Part shown: positions 21,347 to 30,898 of the stretch, in pieces
Layout of the letters: every line of letters starts with the position of its first letter
Numbering within the stretch: the stretch's first letter is position 1
From: Bacilli bacterium
GTDB lineage: Bacteria > Bacillota_I > Bacilli_A > RFN20 > CAG-826
Assembly (NCBI GenBank): GCA_024408655.1
Contig: JAKSUV010000002.1
Location: 8,938-72,937 of the forward strand
Direction of reading: 5' to 3'
Length of the DNA: 64,000 nt
Notes under the pieces: generated by a model
Database searches by the model: none
Told to the model about the DNA's origin: nothing
What the model saw: the letters and a program-made list of their open reading frames with translations, nothing else
Made by a program: the position numbers and the translations under genes

Positions 21347-23566
21347 ATGGCAAATCCGAAAACAACATCGATTAACGGGGGTTATCCCCTTCATACTTTC
21401 GAAGATATTCGTGATCTTTATTCTGTCTATATTAGTAATCCTACCGACCGGGAATTAATCGAAAAAGCCTATAAATTAGCCCTCAAAAAACACGAAGGTG
21501 TGACTCGCCAAACGGGCGAACCTTATATCCATCATCCCCTCGAAGTTTGCTACATTTTAGCGCGTCTCCACGTCGGCCCCAAAACGATTGCCGCGGGCTT
21601 TTTACATGACCTCGTCGAAGATACCGATGTCACCATCGAACAAATTGGCAAAATGTTTGGTAAAGAAGTTCAAGGAATTGTGGACGCTTTAACTAAAATC
21701 CAACGTTTAAAATTATCCCACCAAGACCGGATTAATTTAACCGCTGAGGATCATAAGAAAATTTTCCTTGGAATGTCAAAAGACATTCGGGTCATCATTA
21801 TTAAACTCGCTGACCGTTTACATAATATGCGGACGATTGACGGCTTACCGCCTGAACGGATTGAACGGTTAAGCCGCGAAACAATTGAAGTCTTTGTCCC
21901 GATTGCCCACCGCCTTGGTATTTATTCCATTCAAAGTGAACTAGAAGACTTGGTACTTAAGCACTTAAAGCCAGATATTTATCGCGAAATTAATACGTTA
22001 GTCAATAAGAAAATTAAGAACCGGAAAAAGAGCCTTGATATCTTAATGAAGCGGATTGCGGATTTGCTTTTTGAACACAAGATTCCTTTTGAAATTAAAA
22101 GCCGTGTGAAAAGTATTTATTCGATATATAAAAAGATTTATCTTAAAGGGCGAAACTTCGATGAAATCTACGATATTTTAGCCATTCGAATTATCACCGA
22201 CACCGAACTTCGTTGTTACGAAATCATTGGTCTCATTCATAATTTATATAAACCGATTCCGGGTCGCTTTAAAGATTATATTGCGGTGCCCAAAGCGAAC
22301 ATGTATCAATCCTTACACACTTCAATCATGTCGGGTGATGGTCACTTCTTTGAAGTGCAAGTAAGAACCCACGAGATGAACGAAATCGCTGAGACTGGTG
22401 TCGCTGCCCACTGGAAATATAAAGAGGGTCGTCGCTATAACTCAAAACGCGAAATGAAAGAAATTGAATCGCGGCTCCATTGGTTCCGTGATTTTGTTGC
22501 GATGAGTGGTTCAGAATTAAGTCAAAACGCGAGTGATTATATTAACGATTTACGGCACGATATCTTTGATAGTAGCGTTTACGTAATTACGCCCCTAGGA
22601 AAAGTAATTGATTTACCCGCTGGTGCGACGCCACTAGATTTTGCTTATAAGATTCACACCCGCGTTGGTGATCAAGCAGTTGGTGCGATTGTTAATAACG
22701 TGATGGTTCCGCTTAACACGGTTTTAAAAAGCGGCGATATTGTCGAAATTAAAACTAATCCCAATAGTGGTGGACCAAACGAAGGCTGGTTAAAGATTGC
22801 CAAAAGTAATTCCGCTTTAGCGCATATTCGTAAAGCGCTGGCGAAGAAGAATTCTTCGTTACACCAAGAAGAACGGGCGGGACACGGTCGAACCGCCTTA
22901 AAAGAACAATTCGCGAAATTTAATTTCAGCGAAGAAGAAATGCTCGAACGCGTTGGTAGTAAAAGTGTTCTTGATTATTATCAATGTAAAAACATGCAAG
23001 AGTTATTTGTGAAAGTAAGTGACCGAAATCCAACGGCCGCCGCCGTTTTTGAACATTTAAATCTTAAATCAAAGCGCGCTGCCGAATTAAAACTCGACCG
23101 GATTAAGAAAAATCCAACTGATGTTGTCCCAGTTACTATTGGCGGAGAAACCCGCATTGCGGTTTCGCTTGGTAGCTGTTGTACACCAATCCCCGGCGAT
23201 GATATTGTTGGCTATATTACCAAAGGTAAAGGCGTCACGATTCACCGGGTTAATTGTCCAAATATTCAACATCATCCGGAACGCTTAATGGAAGCGGAAT
23301 GGAACGAACAAGACCGGCTCGTTACCTATCCCGTTGATATCGCTATTGAAGCCAATGACCGTAACAATTTATTAAGTGATATTATGAGCGTCATTAACCA
23401 ACATAATGTCCCAATCTCAGCCATTTCGGCGCATCTTCATAGTGAAAACCTCACTTCAACCATTAACGCCACTATCCACGTGAGTGATTCAAAGCGCCTC
23501 AACGATATCTTTAATGTCATCTTAAATATCCCTGGCGTTTATGATGTCGCTCGCGTAATTCACTAA
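21347..23566 (+). CDS. relA: Bifunctional (p)ppGpp synthase/hydrolase
   Basis: HD hydrolase (LHD), synthase (YQSLHT, EVQVRT), TGS, CC and ACT domains. Confidence 0.97.
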   Translation: MANPKTTSINGGYPLHTFEDIRDLYSVYISNPTDRELIEKAYKLALKKHEGVTRQTGEPYIHHPLEVCYILARLHVGPKTIAAGFLHDLVEDTDVTIEQIGKMFGKEVQGIVDALTKIQRLKLSHQDRINLTAEDHKKIFLGMSKDIRVIIIKLADRLHNMRTIDGLPPERIERLSRETIEVFVPIAHRLGIYSIQSELEDLVLKHLKPDIYREINTLVNKKIKNRKKSLDILMKRIADLLFEHKIPFEIKSRVKSIYSIYKKIYLKGRNFDEIYDILAIRIITDTELRCYEIIGLIHNLYKPIPGRFKDYIAVPKANMYQSLHTSIMSGDGHFFEVQVRTHEMNEIAETGVAAHWKYKEGRRYNSKREMKEIESRLHWFRDFVAMSGSELSQNASDYINDLRHDIFDSSVYVITPLGKVIDLPAGATPLDFAYKIHTRVGDQAVGAIVNNVMVPLNTVLKSGDIVEIKTNPNSGGPNEGWLKIAKSNSALAHIRKALAKKNSSLHQEERAGHGRTALKEQFAKFNFSEEEMLERVGSKSVLDYYQCKNMQELFVKVSDRNPTAAAVFEHLNLKSKRAAELKLDRIKKNPTDVVPVTIGGETRIAVSLGSCCTPIPGDDIVGYITKGKGVTIHRVNCPNIQHHPERLMEAEWNEQDRLVTYPVDIAIEANDRNNLLSDIMSVINQHNVPISAISAHLHSENLTSTINATIHVSDSKRLNDIFNVILNIPGVYDVARVIH

Positions 23567-23581
23567 GGGCGATTAACAAAT

Positions 23582-23607
23582 GCACTCTAAAAGAGTGCTT
23601 TTGTTTT
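23582..23607 (+). terminator. Intrinsic terminator after rel
   Basis: GCACTCT-AAA-AGAGTGC plus T-tract. Confidence 0.8.
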
Positions 23608-23648
23608 AGGGGCATTTTAGATATAATACTAGCAAGAGAGTTTTTGTT

Positions 23649-24971
23649 ATGGAATACCAAAATGTTAAAGGCACACACGATATTATCTTAAAAGAAGCCC
23701 GCTATTACCAAGCGATTGAATCGCTTTTTATTTCGCTTGCCGAAATATATGGTTATAACGAATTTAGAACACCAATTATTGAACCGACCGAACTCTTCTC
23801 TCGTTCAAAGAACGATAGTAGTGATATGGTCCGGAAACAAATGTATACGTTTAAAGATTTAGCGGATCGTTCAATCACCCTTCGTCCGGAAGGTACCGCG
23901 AGTGTCGCTCGCGCCATCGTTAATAATAAACTTCACGCGGAACAAGATTTCCCGATTAAAGCCTATTATCTAGGTCCGGTGTTTCGTTATGAACGTCCAA
24001 AAGCCGGTACTTACCGTCAGTTCCTCCAATTTGGGATTGAAAACATCGGCGTTGATAGTGAATACGCGGATGTAGAAACGATTATTCTTAGTTACCGCGC
24101 TTTAAAGATGCTTGGCTTCCAAAAACTAAAATTAAAGATTAATACTTTAGGTGATAGTGAGTCCCGCGAGAATTATAAAAAAGCGCTAGTGAAATATTTC
24201 ACTCCCTTAATTAGCAAGATGTGCCCGGATTGCCAAGAACGCTTAAAACTTAATCCATTACGGATTCTTGATTGTAAAGTTCCTGAAGATCATGAATTAA
24301 CTAAGAAAGCGCCAAGAATAAAAGAATATTTAACTAAAGCCGCTGCGGAACGCTTTAAGAAAACGACTGAATTACTTGATGAAGTTGGAATCCCCTACGA
24401 AGTTGATGACACGATTGTCCGTGGACTCGATTATTATTCCCACATTGTTTATGAATACGAATATATTAGTCAATCCGGCTTAAATGTTGGTGCCTTAGGT
24501 GGTGGAGGTCACTACGATAATTTAGTGAGTGAAGTGGGCGGACCAAAACTCGCGGGCGTGGGTTTTGCCTTTGGCATTGAACGCATTTATTCACTTTTAA
24601 AAGAAGAAAACCTTTTACCAAAATTACACGCTGGCTTTGATTTCTATGTGATGCCAGTTGGTGAAGCCTGTATTAAGCGCGCCTATATTGTTGCCGACTA
24701 TTTACGGATGCTTGGCTATAAAGCCGATGCAATTATCGAAAAGAAATCGTTTAAAGCGATGTTCCGTAAAGCCGAAAAACACGAGGCCCGCTTTAGCGTC
24801 ATTATCGGCGAGAACGAATTAAAGAATAACGAAGTGGTCATTAAAAATATGGATACACAAGAACAAAAGACGGTTAAAAATACCGAGCTCAAAGCTTATT
24901 GTGATTCCTTATTTAACGAACACGAATGTCATTGTCATGATGAGGGTTGTGAGTGTCATCACAAAAAATAA
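23649..24971 (+). CDS. hisS: Histidine--tRNA ligase
   Basis: LRPEGTA, FRYERP, RGLDYY, GFAFGIER. Confidence 0.97.
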   Translation: MEYQNVKGTHDIILKEARYYQAIESLFISLAEIYGYNEFRTPIIEPTELFSRSKNDSSDMVRKQMYTFKDLADRSITLRPEGTASVARAIVNNKLHAEQDFPIKAYYLGPVFRYERPKAGTYRQFLQFGIENIGVDSEYADVETIILSYRALKMLGFQKLKLKINTLGDSESRENYKKALVKYFTPLISKMCPDCQERLKLNPLRILDCKVPEDHELTKKAPRIKEYLTKAAAERFKKTTELLDEVGIPYEVDDTIVRGLDYYSHIVYEYEYISQSGLNVGALGGGGHYDNLVSEVGGPKLAGVGFAFGIERIYSLLKEENLLPKLHAGFDFYVMPVGEACIKRAYIVADYLRMLGYKADAIIEKKSFKAMFRKAEKHEARFSVIIGENELKNNEVVIKNMDTQEQKTVKNTELKAYCDSLFNEHECHCHDEGCECHHKK

Positions 24972-24974
24972 ATT

Positions 24975-26708
24975 ATGGAAAGAACAAATAATAACGGAAC
25001 ACTTAGTTTAAAAGACGTTGGTCAAGACGTTATCTTAGTCGGCTGGGTCCACAAGAAAAGAAACCTTGGCTCTTTAATGTTTATTGATTTACGTGACCGG
25101 AGCGGCATTATCCAAATAACGGTGCGTGATGATGTGAAAGTGCCTGATATCCGTAACGAATACGTGATTCAAGTTTATGGTAAAGTGGCGAAAAAAGATG
25201 TTCCTAACAAAGCCTTAAAGACCGGGGCGATTGAAGTTATCGCAAGTAAAATTAATGTTATTAATACCGCGGAAACTACGCCAATGATTATCGATGATAA
25301 TACGGACGCACTTGAAGATACGCGGCTAAAATATCGTTACCTTGATTTACGTCGCCCAATCATGCAACAACGTTTAATCACCCGAGCGAAAATCGTTAAA
25401 GCCACCCATGAATATTTAGATGAACACGGTTTCTTAGAAGTAGAAACACCAATTCTAACTTTATCCACTCCCGAAGGAGCGCGTGACTATTTAGTGCCAA
25501 GCCGGATTCATCACGGTTGTTTCTACGCGTTACCACAATCACCACAAGTTTATAAACAACTCTTAATGATCGGCGGCATTGAACGGTATTACCAAATCGC
25601 TAAATGTTTCCGCGATGAAGATTTGCGGGCCGACCGGCAACCGGACTTCACCCAAATTGACGTTGAAACGTCTTTCTTAGATGAAGACCAATTATTAGCA
25701 TTAATGGAAGGCTTAATCGCTAACATCTTTAAGAAAGTCATTAATTACGATGTTAAATTACCTTTACGCCGGTTAAAATACGATGAAGCGGTCGACACTT
25801 ATGGGAGCGATAAACCTGATACCCGTTTTGAAATGCACCTTATTGATGTAAAAGATGTGTTGAAGGATTCAGACTTCAACGTCTTTAAAGAATTAAGTAC
25901 CATTAAATGTATTGTGGTGCCAGGCGTCGCCTCGATCACCAGCCGCAAGAATATTGATAATCTTCAACTCGAAGCGAAGAAATTTTCCTTAAAAGGTTAT
26001 ACCGTCATCAAAAATTTAAATGGGGTATTAGAAGGAAGCGTCGTTAAATATTTTAACGATGATGTTAAAAAGCGTTTACTTGATGTAACGAAAGCAAAAC
26101 ATAATGACATCATCATTATCGCCGCGAGTAATGAATATCGTGATGTCTGTTTTGGTCTAGGCGCCTTAAGAACTAGTTACGCGAACGAACTAAAATTAAT
26201 TAAGCCAAACACTTATGACTTATTATGGGTCAACGATTTCCCGTTATTTGAAAAGAGCAAGGAAACGGGGCAAATCACTTCTAGTCACCATCCCTTCACA
26301 CGACCCAAAGAAGCCGAAGCGAAATATCTTGATACTGATCCAACTAAAGTCCACGCTTCCGCCTATGACATTGTCATTAATGGTTATGAAGCCGGTGGTG
26401 GTTCACTAAGAATTTATGACCAAAAAATGCAAAAGAAGGTTTTCCAATTACTTGGTTTAAGCGATGAAGATATTAAACGGAAGTTTGGTTTCTTTATTGA
26501 TGCGTTTAAATATGGCACGCCACCACACGCCGGGATCGCCTTTGGTCTTGAGCGCCTTACGATGGTGTTAAGCGGAACGAATAATATTCGTGACGTCATT
26601 GCTTTCCCGAAAAATTTAGCGGCAGCTTGCCCAATGAGCAATAGTCCACGCGCAGTTGATAAAGCCCAACTTGATGAACTTGGTATTGAAATTAAAAAGG
26701 AGAAATAG
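24975..26708 (+). CDS. aspS: Aspartate--tRNA ligase
   Basis: DLRD, PEGARD, LPQSPQ, FRDEDLRADRQP, HHPFT, PPHAGIAFG. Confidence 0.98.
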   Translation: MERTNNNGTLSLKDVGQDVILVGWVHKKRNLGSLMFIDLRDRSGIIQITVRDDVKVPDIRNEYVIQVYGKVAKKDVPNKALKTGAIEVIASKINVINTAETTPMIIDDNTDALEDTRLKYRYLDLRRPIMQQRLITRAKIVKATHEYLDEHGFLEVETPILTLSTPEGARDYLVPSRIHHGCFYALPQSPQVYKQLLMIGGIERYYQIAKCFRDEDLRADRQPDFTQIDVETSFLDEDQLLALMEGLIANIFKKVINYDVKLPLRRLKYDEAVDTYGSDKPDTRFEMHLIDVKDVLKDSDFNVFKELSTIKCIVVPGVASITSRKNIDNLQLEAKKFSLKGYTVIKNLNGVLEGSVVKYFNDDVKKRLLDVTKAKHNDIIIIAASNEYRDVCFGLGALRTSYANELKLIKPNTYDLLWVNDFPLFEKSKETGQITSSHHPFTRPKEAEAKYLDTDPTKVHASAYDIVINGYEAGGGSLRIYDQKMQKKVFQLLGLSDEDIKRKFGFFIDAFKYGTPPHAGIAFGLERLTMVLSGTNNIRDVIAFPKNLAAACPMSNSPRAVDKAQLDELGIEIKKEK

Positions 26709-26710
26709 TT

Positions 26711-28681
26711 ATGAAGAATAACCACATTGATGAACTCGCAATCGCGAGCATTCGGAGTCTATGTATTGATGAAATCAATAAACCCAAAAGCGGTCACCCT
26801 GGTATGGCGTTAGGCGCGGCTCCAGCTATGTATACTTTATATAAGTATCATCTGGTAAGTGATCCGAAACATCCAACTTGGATTAACCGCGACCGGTTTA
26901 TTTTAAGTAGCGGACACGCGAGTGGCTTACTTTATGTTATGCTCCATGTCTGTGGCTATCAAGTGAGCATAAACGATATCAAAGCGTTCCGGACCATTAA
27001 TTCATTAACCACCGGTCACCCCGAATTCGGTCATACTCCTGGTGTTGACAATACCTCAGGTCCACTTGGTCAAGGTCTTAGCCAAGCGGTTGGGGTAGCG
27101 ATGGCGGAAGCTCATATTGCCTCAACTTACCCAATGGGTAAAAGTTTAATGAACCACTATACCTATTGTATGTTAGGCGATGGTGATCTTGAAGAAGGGA
27201 TTAGCCAAGAAGCGATTAGTCTAGCGGGACTACAAAAATTAAATAAATTAATTTGTCTTTACGATAGTAATGGCATTACGCTTGATGGTAAATTATCCTT
27301 ATCCTTTAACGATAATACGAAGGCGCGATTTTTAGCGTCTCATTGGAATGTCCTTAATGTTAAAGATGGTAATGATGTTAATGAAATTAACCAGGCCATC
27401 AGTAAAGCCAAGCTTAGTAAAGATAAACCAACCTTAATTATCGTTAACACAATTATTGGTTATGGTAGTAAAAACCAAGGCACCAATAAAGTCCATGGTG
27501 CGCCGCTTGGTGTTGAAGACGGAGCGTATGCGAAAAAGTCCTATCACTATAATTTCCCCGAATTCACTATTCCTAAGGAAGTCTATAAGACTTTACGCGA
27601 TAGCTTTATTGCCCGAGGCGAAAAAGCTTATAAGAAATATCAAAGTGTTCTTACTCAATATAAACAAAAACACCCGAAAGATTATCAAATCTTTAACGAC
27701 GCCTTTAATCTTAATCTCAAAAAATATATTAAAGATAATGTCACCTATGATCCAAAACTCAACGAAGCGAGTAGAAAAACTAGCGGGAATTTAGTTAATA
27801 AATTCGCTAGCGAAATTCCCTTTATGCTCGGTGGAGCAGCGGATGTTGCTGGGAGCGTCATGACAAAAATTAACACTGATACTGAATTTTCTCCAACTAA
27901 CCGTCAAGGTCGGAACATTAGTTTTGGTATCCGGGAATTTGAAATGGCGGGCATCCAAAACGGGATGTTACTCCATGGTGGACTTCGTCCATATGTTGGT
28001 TGCTTCCTTGTTTTTGCTGACTATATGAAAAACGCCATTCGGATGAGTGCGTTATCAAAATTACCCGCGATTTATTTATTCTCCCACGACTCAATCTATT
28101 TAGGTGAAGATGGACCAACCCATCAACCCGTTGAGCAGGTTGCGATGTTGCGGAGTATTCCCAATTTAGACGTTTATCGACCCGCTGATGCCCGTGAGAC
28201 CTATGGGGCGTGGAAGTTAGCGTTAACTAGTAAAACGACGCCAAGTGCCATCATTTTATCAAGACAAAATTTACCTTTATTAAAAGGTAGTAATGATATT
28301 AAAGTCGCTAACGGCGCCTATATCATCGCAAAAGAAAAGAGTAAAAAGTTTGTGACCGTGATTGCCACCGGTAGCGAAGTTAACTTAGCCATCCAAGCCA
28401 AAGAATTATTAAATAATAAAATCGATATTCGAGTTGTTAGTATGCCATCGATGGAACGCTTTAATGCGTTAGACGAAAAAACTCAACAAGCGATTCTTGG
28501 CGCGCCATATGAAAAGCGCATCGCTATTGAAGCTTTAACAACCTTTGGTTGGCACCGTTACGCTAAACACGTCATCGGGGTTGATCAATACGGCTTAAGT
28601 GGTAAGGGTGAAGAAGTCGCAAAAGTCTTTGGCATTACCGTCGATCACCTAGTGGAAGTCATTAAAAAGGTAGGAAAATAA
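26711..28681 (+). CDS. tkt: Transketolase
   Basis: SGHPG, GPLGQG, GDGDLEEG, GIREF, GEDGPTHQP. Confidence 0.98.
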   Translation: MKNNHIDELAIASIRSLCIDEINKPKSGHPGMALGAAPAMYTLYKYHLVSDPKHPTWINRDRFILSSGHASGLLYVMLHVCGYQVSINDIKAFRTINSLTTGHPEFGHTPGVDNTSGPLGQGLSQAVGVAMAEAHIASTYPMGKSLMNHYTYCMLGDGDLEEGISQEAISLAGLQKLNKLICLYDSNGITLDGKLSLSFNDNTKARFLASHWNVLNVKDGNDVNEINQAISKAKLSKDKPTLIIVNTIIGYGSKNQGTNKVHGAPLGVEDGAYAKKSYHYNFPEFTIPKEVYKTLRDSFIARGEKAYKKYQSVLTQYKQKHPKDYQIFNDAFNLNLKKYIKDNVTYDPKLNEASRKTSGNLVNKFASEIPFMLGGAADVAGSVMTKINTDTEFSPTNRQGRNISFGIREFEMAGIQNGMLLHGGLRPYVGCFLVFADYMKNAIRMSALSKLPAIYLFSHDSIYLGEDGPTHQPVEQVAMLRSIPNLDVYRPADARETYGAWKLALTSKTTPSAIILSRQNLPLLKGSNDIKVANGAYIIAKEKSKKFVTVIATGSEVNLAIQAKELLNNKIDIRVVSMPSMERFNALDEKTQQAILGAPYEKRIAIEALTTFGWHRYAKHVIGVDQYGLSGKGEEVAKVFGITVDHLVEVIKKVGK

Positions 28682-28682
28682 T

Positions 28683-29030
28683 ATGGCCGACCGGAAATAT
28701 TTTAATATTAAAAACTATTCCACCAATGGTGAACTCGCCATTAGCCGTCACGTTTTTGAAACGATTGCGTCAATTGCAATTAAACGCGTTAAGGGAGCGA
28801 AACTTTATAAAGGCAAAGAAAAAGGAAAAACCTTTGGTACTTATCATCCAGTGACTTGTTCAATCCGTAAGGATAACCGGGTCGAAGTGAAAGTGGATAT
28901 CAGTGTGAAGAAGGGCGTGAACGTTAAAACGACCTGTGAAAAGATTCAGGACGAAATTTCCCAAAGCTTAATGCTAGCGTGCGAAACCGTTCCTTTTAGT
29001 GTCAAGATTAACGTCGCCGCAATTGAATAA
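28683..29030 (+). CDS. Asp23/Gls24 family protein
   Basis: G-x-x-x-IS..V pattern and V-x-I-N-V C-terminus; conserved position before nusB. Confidence 0.85.
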   Translation: MADRKYFNIKNYSTNGELAISRHVFETIASIAIKRVKGAKLYKGKEKGKTFGTYHPVTCSIRKDNRVEVKVDISVKKGVNVKTTCEKIQDEISQSLMLACETVPFSVKINVAAIE

Positions 29031-29039
29031 ATTATATTT

Positions 29040-29441
29040 ATGGCGTCACGAAATCAATCTCATGAATTAATTATGCAAAGTCTCTACATCGCTTTAACCT
29101 ACGCAGCGATGAAAGAGGAGATTGATATTCCAAAAATTATGGAAGGAGTTTATAAAACTCCCTTTAACGACATTGATAAATTTTCGCGAGGTGTCGTGAT
29201 TAAAACCCTCGCGCACACTAATGAGATTATTCCCTTATTTGAAAGTAAATTAAAAAATTGGAAGTGGTCACGTCTTCCCAAAATCACCCAAGCGATTTTA
29301 CTCATGAGCTATGCTCATTATCACTATGTTGAAAAAGTGGATAAAGCGGTAGTGATTAATACCGCGATTCGCCTAGCGAAAAAATATTTAGACCAAAACG
29401 ATTATAAATTTATTAACGGAGTCCTTGATCAGGTGTTATGA
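29040..29441 (+). CDS. nusB: Transcription antitermination factor NusB
   Basis: SRxxSHE start, WKWSRL, INTAIRLAKKY, FINGVLD. Confidence 0.93.
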   Translation: MASRNQSHELIMQSLYIALTYAAMKEEIDIPKIMEGVYKTPFNDIDKFSRGVVIKTLAHTNEIIPLFESKLKNWKWSRLPKITQAILLMSYAHYHYVEKVDKAVVINTAIRLAKKYLDQNDYKFINGVLDQVL

Positions 29442-30646
29442 AAGATGGCGTTTATTCGGTTCATGAACTTAACCAATACATTAAAACGCTTTTTGATCAT
29501 GACGGATCTTTACGACTAGTAAAACTAGAAGGTGAACTCCAAGACGTTAAACTATATCCAAGTGGCCACATGTATTTTAATGTCACCGATGAAGCCGCCA
29601 GTATTAGTGGAGTGATGTTTGATCATGATGTCGCTGGACTCGACTTTAAACCCAAGAATGGTGACAAGGTTTTATTAATCGGCAGTGTTTCTACTTATAT
29701 AAAAACGGGCCGCTACCAAATATATGTACGCGCGATGTATCTTGATGGCGCGGGAGCAAAACTCTTAGCGCTAAAAAAACTCCGCGAAAAATTAGAAAAA
29801 GAAGGACTCTTCTCCCGGGCGAAACGAAGCATCAATCGTTACCCAAAAGCGATTGGTCTAATTACCGCTAGAGGTAGCGCCGCCTGCGCGGATTTGGTTA
29901 CTAATATCACTAGACGATATTCGTTAGTTAATGTGTACGCGTTCTACACAAGCGTCCAAGGTAAAGAAGCACCAAAAGAAATTGTCAGCGCTTTAAAGAA
30001 AGCTTATGCTTTTACCCCTAAACTTGATACGATTATCATTTCGCGAGGTGGTGGAAGTAGTGAAGATCTTGATGCCTTTAATGATGAACTAGTGGTGCGG
30101 ACCGCCTTTAATTCACCCGTGCCTTTAATTGCGGCAATTGGTCACGAAGTAGATTTTACTTTAGTTGAGTATGTGGCGGATATTAGAGCGAGCACACCAA
30201 CCGCGGCCGCCGAATACGCGACGATTGATAAACGAGAAATCTATGAACAACTTGATGCATGCTACGAGTCAATGACGAATTCTCTTAACGCCCGCATCCA
30301 ATTAATCCGCGATAAATTACACTTACTGATGAATCGACCATTCTTTATTAACCCAAGTAGCATCTACCAAGATAAACTTAATAATATTAAACTTACCAAA
30401 GAGAACTTAGAAAACGCGTGGCATCTATATTTAGCGGGTAAAATAAATGATCTTAGCACCCGAAAGGAACGCTTAGAGGCGATTAACCCAACACAAGTGT
30501 TAAAACGCGGATTCGCTTTGTTACGAGCAAAAAACGGAAAAGTAATTAAACAAGTGGAAGATGTGGAAGTGGGGGAAACCATGGAGACAGTGATGAGTAA
30601 TGGCAAGATATATGCGCGGGTAACGCAAAAGGAGAAACATGTATGA
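29438..30646 (+). CDS. xseA: Exodeoxyribonuclease VII large subunit
   Basis: SGHMYF, RGGGSSEDL, IGHEVD, STPTAAAE, LKRGF. Confidence 0.96.
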   Translation: MKDGVYSVHELNQYIKTLFDHDGSLRLVKLEGELQDVKLYPSGHMYFNVTDEAASISGVMFDHDVAGLDFKPKNGDKVLLIGSVSTYIKTGRYQIYVRAMYLDGAGAKLLALKKLREKLEKEGLFSRAKRSINRYPKAIGLITARGSAACADLVTNITRRYSLVNVYAFYTSVQGKEAPKEIVSALKKAYAFTPKLDTIIISRGGGSSEDLDAFNDELVVRTAFNSPVPLIAAIGHEVDFTLVEYVADIRASTPTAAAEYATIDKREIYEQLDACYESMTNSLNARIQLIRDKLHLLMNRPFFINPSSIYQDKLNNIKLTKENLENAWHLYLAGKINDLSTRKERLEAINPTQVLKRGFALLRAKNGKVIKQVEDVEVGETMETVMSNGKIYARVTQKEKHV

Positions 30647-30867
30647 GTGAAAAGAAAAAAGATGAGACCATTGATTTTGAAGGAAGTCTTAAGCGTCTAG
30701 ATGAGATCGTGGAGAAGATTGAAAGTAACGTCTTGCCGCTTGATGAGTCAATTAAGCTTTATGAAGAAGGTAGCAAGCTCATCAAAAAATTAGAAGGCGC
30801 TTTAAAAGATGCCGAAAAAAAGATGGCTAAGGTCATCGATACCGATGCTATCGGTAGTGGTAAGTGA
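30643..30867 (+). CDS. xseB: Exodeoxyribonuclease VII small subunit
   Basis: FEGSLKRLDEIV..LDESIKLYEEG. Confidence 0.95.
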   Translation: MSEKKKDETIDFEGSLKRLDEIVEKIESNVLPLDESIKLYEEGSKLIKKLEGALKDAEKKMAKVIDTDAIGSGK

Positions 30868-30898
30868 TTTAGTAGATATTTAGTGAATTGAGGGAAAA

